64,000 nt of DNA from an uncultured delta proteobacterium. GTDB taxonomy: Bacteria > Myxococcota_A > UBA9160 > UBA4427. Below the pieces are notes generated by a model. That model was not told the DNA's origin. It searched no databases and saw only the letters and a list, made by a program, of their open reading frames with translations. The stretch is from positions 448,001 through 512,000 of the forward strand of contig CAWGJT010000006.1 of assembly GCA_963822965.1 (NCBI GenBank), written 5' to 3'. The position numbers and the translations under genes are program-made. This document shows, one piece after another, positions 30,949 through 39,259 of the stretch. How positions within the stretch are numbered: the first letter of the stretch is position 1; each line of letters starts with the position of its first letter.

Positions 30949-33606
30949 ATGAGCGCTGAGCCGCGTCAGAACCACGCGCGCGATCCGGCCGACCCCCTCT
31001 CCGAGGTCGCGCTGCTGCGCGAGCGCCTGCAGCTCGAGACGCTGATCTCCGAGCTGTCGCGCCGGCTGCTCTCCACCGAGACCGCGGCCATCGACGACGC
31101 GATCCGCGAAGGACTGCGATCCGTCGCCGCGGTGGGCGGCGCGGACCGCACCTTCCTCGTCTCCCTGCCCGAGCTCCGGCGCGATCGCACCTTCTTCTTC
31201 GAGTGGTGCTCCGAGGGCGTGGCGCCCCGTGCGAGCGCCCCGACGCTGTCGGATGGCGAGCAGTACCGCGGCTTCTCGCGACGCCTGATGGCCGGCGAGA
31301 TCGTGAGCATTCCCGTCGTCGCCGACATGCCCGACTCCCTGGCGACCGAGCGGACCGCCATGCTGGCGGCGGGGATCCGCTCGTACCTGCTCGTTCCCGC
31401 GGTCTCCCGCGGTGCCCTGATGGGCATCCTGTGCCTGCACTGCGTGCGCCAGGAGCGCCACTGGTCCGACCACGAGCAGACCCTGCTGCAGCTGATCGCC
31501 GACCTGTTCACGAGCGCGCTCCGGCGCAAGCGCAGCGAGACGGCACTCGCCGAGAGCGAAGCCCGCTTCCGGGCCCTGGCGGAGAACTCCCAGGATTCCA
31601 TCTGCGAGCTGTCCGCCAACGGGCACGTCCTGTACGCGAGCCCCGCCTACGCGACCCTGATGGGCAGCGCCCGGGACGACCTCGAGGGCAGCAACTTCTT
31701 CGAGCTGGCGGATGCCACGGACCGGCAACGGCTGCGCGGAGGAGTCGGATCGGCACTCCGCGGTGTCGCCGCCAGTCCCATCGTCTTCCGCACGCGCAAT
31801 CGCGAGGACGAGCGGCTCGACGTCGAGGTGACCGTGCGCGGCTTCTCGACGGCCGGCGGCGAGGCGCGCGTCGTCGGCGTGCTGCGCAACGTGAGCCGGC
31901 GGGAGCGCGACCGACGGGCCCTCGAACGCCAGGTGGAGGGCGAGCAGCAGATCGCGGAGCTGTCCCGCTTCTTCCTGGACCTCGAGCCGGCCTCCACCCA
32001 GGAAGCCACGCGGGACAAGCTCCTGGTCGCCGCGTCCATCGCCGGCGCTGACCGGGCCTGGATGTTCACGATCGATCCGAGGGGCGTCGAGCCCAACCGT
32101 CCCTACGGCTGGAGCCGCGACGGCGACCTGTCGTGGATGGCGGGGATCGACCAGGACTCCGACACGTTCCGATGGGCGCTGCCCTCCCTGATGGAGGGGC
32201 AGGTGCTGAACGTCCCCCGCGTGGCGGACCTCCCCGATGACGCGATCAACGAGCGCGGACACCTGTTGCGGCGGGGCGTGCGCTCGTTCCTCGGCGTCCC
32301 GCTCCTGTCCGGCCGCCGCTTCGTGGGCATGATGGGCTTCGAGCTGACCTCCCGCGAGCAGCGCTGGTCCACCGAGGTCGTGACGCTGGTGCGTCTCGCG
32401 GGCGGCATCTTCGTGAGCGCGCTGCGCCGCGAGCAGTCGGAGGTCGAGCTCGAGCGCAGCCAGAGCCAGCTGCTGCAGTCCCAGAAGATGGAGGCCGTCG
32501 GCACCCTGGCGGGCGGCATCGCCCACGACTTCAACAACCACCTGGCCGTGATGCTGGGCAACGCCCGCTTCGTGGCGAGCAGCGTCGAGTCGGACGCCGA
32601 GGTGCGCGAGGCCCTCGCCGACCTTCAGCGTTCGGCCGAGCACTGCGCCCAGCTGACCCGTTCCCTGCTGGCCTTCTCGCGCCGCAGTCCCGTCACCATC
32701 CAGGTGGTGGAGGTGGCGCAGGAGATGGCCGCGGTCGCGGATCTGGTGCGGCCGCTGCTGCCCAGCGCCATCACCCTCGAGGTGGCGGCACGCGAGCTGA
32801 CCGACGGGGTTCGCGCGGACCCTACGCAGCTGCGCCAGGTGCTGATCAACCTGCTGGTGAACGCACGCGACGCCATGCCGGAGGGAGGCCGGCTCCGGGT
32901 GGAGTCCGGCCGGCGCCACATCTCGACCCAGGAGGCCTGGTCGCTCGGCCTGTCCGGGGCGGGCTACTACGTGGAGATCCAGGTCAGCGACGACGGCGAG
33001 GGCATGTCGGAGGAGACCCGTTCGCGGATCTTCGAGCCGTTCTTCACCACGAAGCGCCTGGGAGAGGGCACCGGACTCGGGCTCGCGACCGCCTACGGGA
33101 TCATCCAGCAGTGCCACGGCGCGATCACCGTCGAGAGCGAGCTCGGCCGGGGAGCCCGCTTCCGCCTGCTGCTTCCCCTGGCGGAGAACGCCGAGGGGTC
33201 GCGGGAGCCCGCGGTCGTGCCCGACCCGGTGCCCGGAACCGAGACGCTGTTGCTCGTCGAAGACGAGCCCGCCGTGCGCCGGCTCCTGAGCCGCACCCTG
33301 CGGCGGCAGGGCTATCGGGTCCTCGAAGCCGAGAACGGCCTGGCCGCCCTGGAGGTGGCCGACGGTGCGGGGTCCGAGATCGATCTGCTCGTCACCGATC
33401 TCGCGATGCCACACCTCGGCGGCGTCGATCTCGCCGCCAAGCTGCAGGCGGTGCGCCCGGACCTGCGCGTGCTCCTTCTCTCGGGACACGCCGCGCCCCA
33501 CGACGGCTCGGCGGACGCCGAGATCCGCGGCGCCCGCTTCCTGCAGAAGCCCTTCGACGACCAGGCGCTGCTGCGCGAGGTGCGGCTCCTGCTGGACCGG
33601 GAGTGA
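30949..33606 (+). CDS. Hybrid sensor histidine kinase/response regulator (GAF-PAS-GAF-HisKA-HATPase-REC)
   Basis: GGIAHDFNN, QVLINLLVNARDAM, SDDGEGM, FEPFFTTK, GTGLGL, receiver LLVEDE/DLLVTDLAMP/KPF. No TM segments seen. Confidence 0.93.
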   Translation: MSAEPRQNHARDPADPLSEVALLRERLQLETLISELSRRLLSTETAAIDDAIREGLRSVAAVGGADRTFLVSLPELRRDRTFFFEWCSEGVAPRASAPTLSDGEQYRGFSRRLMAGEIVSIPVVADMPDSLATERTAMLAAGIRSYLLVPAVSRGALMGILCLHCVRQERHWSDHEQTLLQLIADLFTSALRRKRSETALAESEARFRALAENSQDSICELSANGHVLYASPAYATLMGSARDDLEGSNFFELADATDRQRLRGGVGSALRGVAASPIVFRTRNREDERLDVEVTVRGFSTAGGEARVVGVLRNVSRRERDRRALERQVEGEQQIAELSRFFLDLEPASTQEATRDKLLVAASIAGADRAWMFTIDPRGVEPNRPYGWSRDGDLSWMAGIDQDSDTFRWALPSLMEGQVLNVPRVADLPDDAINERGHLLRRGVRSFLGVPLLSGRRFVGMMGFELTSREQRWSTEVVTLVRLAGGIFVSALRREQSEVELERSQSQLLQSQKMEAVGTLAGGIAHDFNNHLAVMLGNARFVASSVESDAEVREALADLQRSAEHCAQLTRSLLAFSRRSPVTIQVVEVAQEMAAVADLVRPLLPSAITLEVAARELTDGVRADPTQLRQVLINLLVNARDAMPEGGRLRVESGRRHISTQEAWSLGLSGAGYYVEIQVSDDGEGMSEETRSRIFEPFFTTKRLGEGTGLGLATAYGIIQQCHGAITVESELGRGARFRLLLPLAENAEGSREPAVVPDPVPGTETLLLVEDEPAVRRLLSRTLRRQGYRVLEAENGLAALEVADGAGSEIDLLVTDLAMPHLGGVDLAAKLQAVRPDLRVLLLSGHAAPHDGSADAEIRGARFLQKPFDDQALLREVRLLLDRE

Positions 33607-33650
33607 CACCGCCCGCCGAGCCGCGGGCGGCCCGGCCATCCGACTCCTCG

Positions 33651-34072
33651 CCCCAATGCGTCGCTCAGGGTGCTTCCTGCGTGCCGCAGGCCCTGCCAGC
33701 CCTTACGGATCGTGAGAGAACGGCGGAACCAGCCTGAGCGCGACAACCTCATTCCCATGAGGTCCTGGCGTCGGGCTCGGATCGCGGCACGGACCGAGCA
33801 AGACGCAGCGATTCGACAGGCATTGGCAGTTGCGCCCTGATCCGCATGACGGATCAGGGCTGGCCCCAATGCGTCGCTCAGGGTGCTTCCTGCGTGCCGC
33901 AGGCCCTGCCAGCCCTTACGGATCGTGAGAGAACGGCGGAACCAGCCTGAGCGCGACAACCTCATTCCCATGAGGTCCTGGCGTCGGGCTCGGATCGCGG
34001 CACGGACCGAGCAAGACGCAGCGATTCGACAGGCATTGGCAGTTGCGCCCTGATCCGCATGACGGATCAGGG
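33651..34072. repeat. Tandem pair of 209-bp MITE-like elements (33651-33859 and 33864-34072)
   Basis: Copies appear identical, with a 213-bp period and a CTGG spacer. Ends are CCCCAATGCGTC and GACGGATCAGGG. Confidence 0.9.
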
Positions 34073-34095
34073 CTACGCGGGCCTCCGCTCGCAGC

Positions 34096-35691
34096 TCAGT
34101 CGGCCGCCCGCTCCCGGCGCTCGTACCACGTGAACACCAGCGCTCCCGAGCGCGTCGGCGGGTAGTCCTGGTAGCCCGGGAGATCGTGTACGTCGAGGAC
34201 CGCCCGGCGCGGCGCGTACTCTCGAACGAACGCGGGATCCTCGGCGATCTCGAGGTCCGACAGGAACCAGGGATTCGAGGCCGGGACGCCCGCCGCGGGC
34301 CCGAGGATCAGGTAGTCCGGACGCTGCGCGAGCACGTAGGCGCCGTCGCCCCGGGCGTGCCCCGGCAGTCGCTGTCCGGGAAGGCGCAGCGGGCCCATGG
34401 GTCGACGCGCGATGTGCGCGTCGTTCAGGCCGAGCATGTCCAGGTAGCGCAGGTCCGGCGCGTGGTAGGGCGTGGAGCCCGCCGTGTTGAGGGCCACCAG
34501 GGAGCCCGGACGCCAGGCTCGAGCGATGTAGCGACCGACGGCGGTGCCGACGAACGAGGTGGCGTTGCGGTGTGCACCCGAGACGTGGGGCCAGACGAGC
34601 TGCAGGGCCAGGGCGAGCGAGACGCCCCCGGCGACCGCCAACCGGCTGCGGGCCCCGAGCCGCTCGAGGTCGGGGCGCCACAGCGCGAAGGCGAGCCAGC
34701 AGGACAGGGGCAGCACCGGTACCAGCAGGCGGTGCAGGGGCATCTGGTCGCCGCCCACGTAGACGATCCACGCCGCGTGCAGCGCGAGGGCGGTGAGCGC
34801 GAACGCCTGGCCCCGGGTGAGTCGCCGTGCGAGGCCGGCCCGCAGCGCACCGGCCATCGCCCACGCCAGCGCGAACGGCGGCGTCGCCAGGAAACCGCCC
34901 AGGTAGCGCACGCCGGCGGCCAGCCGCCAGCCACTCGGGTCGCTGGCCTTCACGTACCAGGTATTGGGCAGCAGATCGCCGTAGTAGACCCCCTTCCAGA
35001 CGAGCCAGGGCGCGAGCAGCACGGCAACCGGCGCCGCGAAGACGGCCGCCGACGAGACCCGCGCGCGCAGACGGCCCGGCTGCGTGAGCAGGAACGCGAC
35101 CGCGGCGGCGACGAAGATTCCCGCGTCGAGACGCGTGAGACACGCCAGCCCGAGGCAGCCCCCGGCCAGGGCCAGGGGGCGGCGCGCCGGCAGCGATGCG
35201 TCGGACAAGGCGTCGCAGACGCCGAGCGCCCCGACGGTGACGAGCAGCGCCACGAGGGGTGCCTCGAGCCCGCCGAAGACCCAGGCAACCAGCGGAATCG
35301 AAGCGACCGAGGCCACCACCGGCAGCGACGCCAGGTCCGGCGTCGCCCAGCGTCTCGAAGCCCGCGCGCGCAACAGGCCGAAGGCGAGGAGTCCGCACCA
35401 CGCCGCGAAGGAGACGATTCGCACGGCCCGCACAAGATCCACGCCGACGGCGCCGAGCCCGGTGGTCAGCAGGAGCTGCAGGAAGTTCGTGTAGCCCTCG
35501 ACGCGATCCCCCGGGTTCCAGGCGACCCCGTTTCCCGCGAGCCAGTTCTGGGCGTATCGCAGGCTGATGAACGCGTCGTCGTGCAGGAAGCCCGCGTTCC
35601 AGGCCACCGCCCGCCAGACGACCACGAAGCCGGCGCCCCACACGAGCGCGGCACCGAGGATCACCGTGCCCCACCGGGTACCGCTCCTCAT
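34096..35691 (-). CDS. Multi-pass membrane glycosyltransferase-like protein (GT-C; arabinofuranosyltransferase-like)
   Basis: DDAFISLRYAQN..G.G..WNPGDRVEGYTN loop, GLE.PL, LTRLD, YYGDLLPNTWYVK, DMLGLND. Confidence 0.75.
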   Translation of the reverse strand: MRSGTRWGTVILGAALVWGAGFVVVWRAVAWNAGFLHDDAFISLRYAQNWLAGNGVAWNPGDRVEGYTNFLQLLLTTGLGAVGVDLVRAVRIVSFAAWCGLLAFGLLRARASRRWATPDLASLPVVASVASIPLVAWVFGGLEAPLVALLVTVGALGVCDALSDASLPARRPLALAGGCLGLACLTRLDAGIFVAAAVAFLLTQPGRLRARVSSAAVFAAPVAVLLAPWLVWKGVYYGDLLPNTWYVKASDPSGWRLAAGVRYLGGFLATPPFALAWAMAGALRAGLARRLTRGQAFALTALALHAAWIVYVGGDQMPLHRLLVPVLPLSCWLAFALWRPDLERLGARSRLAVAGGVSLALALQLVWPHVSGAHRNATSFVGTAVGRYIARAWRPGSLVALNTAGSTPYHAPDLRYLDMLGLNDAHIARRPMGPLRLPGQRLPGHARGDGAYVLAQRPDYLILGPAAGVPASNPWFLSDLEIAEDPAFVREYAPRRAVLDVHDLPGYQDYPPTRSGALVFTWYERRERAAD

Positions 35692-35747
35692 CGCGGCCGT
35701 AGCTTAGGCCGCTTCGCGGTGGGAGACCTGATAACCTGCCCCTCCTC

Positions 35748-38093
35748 TTGGAAGCTTCCCCGCGAATCCTCCCCGTACTCGGCGGGCTCCCGATGGTCCT
35801 CGTGCTGCTCGCCGGCGTCGGCTGCGACGGAGCCCCGAGCGGCGGCGTGCTGGGACGCCCCCCGTCGGCTCCCGCCGTCCGTCTCGTCGACCGGTCCGGC
35901 GAGGTGAGCCCCGCCGCCGAGGAGACGAGCGGCGGGAGCCGGCAGACGCCGCCCGCCCCGGACCCGGCCCTCGCTCGCTTCGATGGCGAGGCCCTGCGGA
36001 CGTGGAAGCGCGAGACGCGGGACGGGGCGCTCCACATCGAGAGCCCCCACCTGGCCCCGTACGGGCTTCGAGGCGCCGGCAGCCTGCACCTGCGTCTCTC
36101 GCCCGGCGGCGCCACGCGCGTCGTGCTCACGCCCCTCAGCGAGGGGAGCCAGCTCGCGCGCGAGCAGCGTGCACTCCGGAGCCTCGAGCTCTCCCTCGAA
36201 CGGGACGCCGACCCGGACGCGCCCGTCGATCTGACCGTCGATCTGAACGAGGCCCTGCACGGAAACTTCGGGGACGCCGGACGCGGGGGACGCCTGGCGA
36301 AGCTCGAGATCGGGCTGCCCGGAGCCGACCCCGAGCGGGTCGTCCTGCACGCGCTCGCCGTCGAGACCCGGTCGCCGCTGCCGGCAGACGCTCTCGCCGC
36401 CCCGGTGGTCGCCGACCACCGGGGCGGCCTGCGCGCCGCCTGGGCGGTGCGCGGCGGTGCGAGCGTGGAGCTCGCACTGCAGCTGCCTGCCGGCGCGCCC
36501 GAGCTCCGCTGGCTCGACGCCGCCACCCCCGACACCGGAGCGAGACGCGTCGAAGTGATCGACGGGTCGGCCACGACCCTGCTGGCGGCGGAGGGCCCGG
36601 CCGCGGGAAGCCTCGCGGCGGACTGGACGCCGCGCCGTGCCTCCCTCTCGCGCTGGTCCGGCCAGGCGGTGCGCCTGCGGCTCGCGGTCGACGGATCCGG
36701 CGTCGGCTTCTTCGGCGAGCCGACGGTGATGGACACGAGGGCCGCCAGCGACGCCGACGTCCCCGACGTCCTCGTCTATCTCATCGACACCCTGCGCGCG
36801 GACCATCTGGGCGCCGGCGGCAGCCCGCTGCCCGGGGTCTCTCCGACCATCGACCGGCTGGCCCGGGAGGGCGTCTTCTTCGGCCGCGCCCAGAGCAGCT
36901 CGCCGTGGACGAAGCCGGCAATCGCCACGCTCATGAGCGGCATCCTGCCCCTCACGCATCGCGTCGGCGCGACGAGCTACACGGACCGCATGCCGGCGAG
37001 CGTGCCCCTCCTGCAGGAGCGCTTCCGGGACGCCGGCTGGCGGACGGGCTCGTTCTCCGCGAGCCCGCTCGGCAGCACCCTCTCGGGTCTCGAGCGCGGC
37101 TTCGACGCCGCCTTCCCGCCCCGCTTCTGGCAGGGCCGTGCGCAGCTGGACACGAATCCCTCCGCGGACCAGCTGCACGCCGCGCTGCTGGCGTGGATCG
37201 ACGAGCAGCCGGACCGCCCCTTCTTCGCATACGTACACACCCTCGAGGTCCACGAGTGGAAGCTGCCGCGCTACCAGACGGGAAGACCCGAAGGCTTCAG
37301 CGCCTACGACGCGGCGATCCGGGACGCGGATCGCCAGCTGGGCGCGCTGCTGGCAGCCCTCGCGAAGCGCGATCGTCCCCTCGTGCTGGTGCTGACCTCG
37401 GACCACGGCGAATCCTGGGGCGATCACGGACTCCCGAGCCACGGCTTCGGGCTCTACCAGTCCCAGATCCACATTCCACTGATCTTCTGGAAGTCCGGGG
37501 ACGGGGCTCTGGGGTCCGCGAAGGTGACGACGCCCGTGAGCCTCTCCGATCTCGCGCCCAGCCTGCTCGAGGGCTTCGGCCTGCCGCCCCTCGAAGAGTC
37601 GGACGGGGTCAGCCTGGTGCCCGGGCTGGCCGGCGGCGAGCTCGCGCGCGGCCCCGTGCTGTCCGCGCTGCTCCGCTTCGTGTGGGCACCCGACGCGCCC
37701 CGCCAGTACGCGGTGACCACGCCCGAGCAGCGGGTCTCGATCCGACCGGAGGGAGGCCGCGAACGCAGCTACGACCTCGTCGTCGATCCCCGGGAGCTGC
37801 GCCCGCTGGCACGACCCGACCCCGCCGCGGCTCGCGCCCTCGACGGGATGCTCGCGCGCCAGGCCCAGCGGGCCGCCGCCTTCGACGCGCGACACGGCCC
37901 GGTCGTTCCCGGTCCCGTGACCGCGGAGGACTCCGCCCGCCTGCGCGCCCTGGGCTACCTCGGAGACCCGGGGCCGGCGGAGCGCACCCCGGAAGGCGCC
38001 GGTCCCGAAGGGTCCGGCGAGGGCGACCGGGCGGGCAGCGCGGCGCGCGCATCGGACCCGGCGCCGTCGAGCGCCCGTCCGCCCGGCCCGTAG
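35748..38093 (+). CDS. Sulfatase/alkaline-phosphatase-superfamily lipoprotein
   Basis: LIDTLRADH, SSPWTKPA..TLMSG, PFFAYVH, TSDHGE, HIPL, LRALGYL; lipobox-like GVGC. Start may be 35793. Confidence 0.85.
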   Translation: MEASPRILPVLGGLPMVLVLLAGVGCDGAPSGGVLGRPPSAPAVRLVDRSGEVSPAAEETSGGSRQTPPAPDPALARFDGEALRTWKRETRDGALHIESPHLAPYGLRGAGSLHLRLSPGGATRVVLTPLSEGSQLAREQRALRSLELSLERDADPDAPVDLTVDLNEALHGNFGDAGRGGRLAKLEIGLPGADPERVVLHALAVETRSPLPADALAAPVVADHRGGLRAAWAVRGGASVELALQLPAGAPELRWLDAATPDTGARRVEVIDGSATTLLAAEGPAAGSLAADWTPRRASLSRWSGQAVRLRLAVDGSGVGFFGEPTVMDTRAASDADVPDVLVYLIDTLRADHLGAGGSPLPGVSPTIDRLAREGVFFGRAQSSSPWTKPAIATLMSGILPLTHRVGATSYTDRMPASVPLLQERFRDAGWRTGSFSASPLGSTLSGLERGFDAAFPPRFWQGRAQLDTNPSADQLHAALLAWIDEQPDRPFFAYVHTLEVHEWKLPRYQTGRPEGFSAYDAAIRDADRQLGALLAALAKRDRPLVLVLTSDHGESWGDHGLPSHGFGLYQSQIHIPLIFWKSGDGALGSAKVTTPVSLSDLAPSLLEGFGLPPLEESDGVSLVPGLAGGELARGPVLSALLRFVWAPDAPRQYAVTTPEQRVSIRPEGGRERSYDLVVDPRELRPLARPDPAAARALDGMLARQAQRAAAFDARHGPVVPGPVTAEDSARLRALGYLGDPGPAERTPEGAGPEGSGEGDRAGSAARASDPAPSSARPPGP

Positions 38094-38135
38094 CTTCCGG
38101 GCCGGGTGCTGCCAGCGCCTTGCTACGCTCGCGAG

Positions 38136-39221
38136 ATGGCCGCCCGCTCTCAGAAGAAGACCGCCCGCAGCGCGGGCGCGAAGAAGAAGGGGAAGAGCCG
38201 CAAGCCGGCGTCGGCCGCCCAGGCCCGGCGCCGGGCCGTCCGCAAGAAGTCGGGGGCCGGACGCAAGCGGCTCACGCCGGGCCGGGAGAAGCGCGGACTG
38301 ACCGGCGAGCAGGTCGCCCTCGCTCTCGACGCGCCGGAGCTCAGGGCCCTCCGCGCCGAGATCGAGGCCGCGGGCGGTGCAGCGCTCGGCGCCTATCACG
38401 AGCCCCTCTCGGGTCACGCCATCCTGCTGGCCTCGCTCCCCCTGAAGGCCGTGGAGCCCACGCCGTTCCAGCGCAACCTCTCGCCCACCCACGTGAAGCG
38501 CCTGGCCGCCAAGATCGACGAGAGCGGCTCGTTCCTCGACCCCATCATCGTGGTGCGCGGCGAGCAGGGCGGCTTCTGGACGCCGAACGGCCGCCACCGC
38601 CTGGCCGCCGCGAAGGTGCTCGGGCTGCAGCAGATCACCGCGCTCGTCTCGCCCGACGAGCAGCTGGCCTTCCGGATCCTCGCCCTCAACACCGAGAAGG
38701 CCCACAACCTGAAGGACCGCAGCCTCGAGGTCATCCGCATGGCGCGGGAGCTGGCCCGCCGCCACAAGAAGGCGCGCGAATCCGACTACACCGCGGAGCT
38801 CGAATCGCCGGAGCTGCTCACCCTCGGCATCATCTACGAGGACGACGGCCGCTTCGCCGGCGGCGCCTACGGCTCGTTCCTGAAGAAGGTCGACCGCTGG
38901 AGCACGAAGAGCCTGGTGGCCAGCCTGCGAGAGCGCGAGGGCCTGGCGTCCCGGCTCGTGGCCATCGACCGGGACGTGAAGCGCATCGTCTCGGAGCTGC
39001 AGGAGCGCGGCTTCAAGTCGCCCTATCTCAAGGCCTACGTGGTGGCGCGCATCAACCCCGTTCGCTTCCACCGCGCCAAGAAGGGCGACACGAAGCCCCC
39101 CATGACCCTGGCCGCCGCGCTCACCCGCATGGCGGCCTCGGCCCGCAACTTCGACACCGCCTCGGTGCGCTCGGGCGAGCTGGCGCTGGTGGCCGCCGTG
39201 GCGAGCGGAGACGAAGACTGA
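38136..39221 (+). CDS. ParB/Sulfiredoxin N-terminal-domain protein with a basic N-terminal tail
   Basis: PTPFQR, FLDPIIV, PNGRHRLAA, LNTEK; Lys/Arg/Ala-rich first ~50 aa. Confidence 0.8.
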   Translation: MAARSQKKTARSAGAKKKGKSRKPASAAQARRRAVRKKSGAGRKRLTPGREKRGLTGEQVALALDAPELRALRAEIEAAGGAALGAYHEPLSGHAILLASLPLKAVEPTPFQRNLSPTHVKRLAAKIDESGSFLDPIIVVRGEQGGFWTPNGRHRLAAAKVLGLQQITALVSPDEQLAFRILALNTEKAHNLKDRSLEVIRMARELARRHKKARESDYTAELESPELLTLGIIYEDDGRFAGGAYGSFLKKVDRWSTKSLVASLREREGLASRLVAIDRDVKRIVSELQERGFKSPYLKAYVVARINPVRFHRAKKGDTKPPMTLAAALTRMAASARNFDTASVRSGELALVAAVASGDED

Positions 39222-39259
39222 GCGATTCCGCCCCGCGATCGGCGCTCGCGGAGCCGCGG

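Noticed and set aside
33651..34072. CRISPR array or a coding repeat (ORF 33312-33971)
   Set aside because: Only two 209-bp units, no unique spacers and no cas genes. The ORF is a read-through of the repeat.
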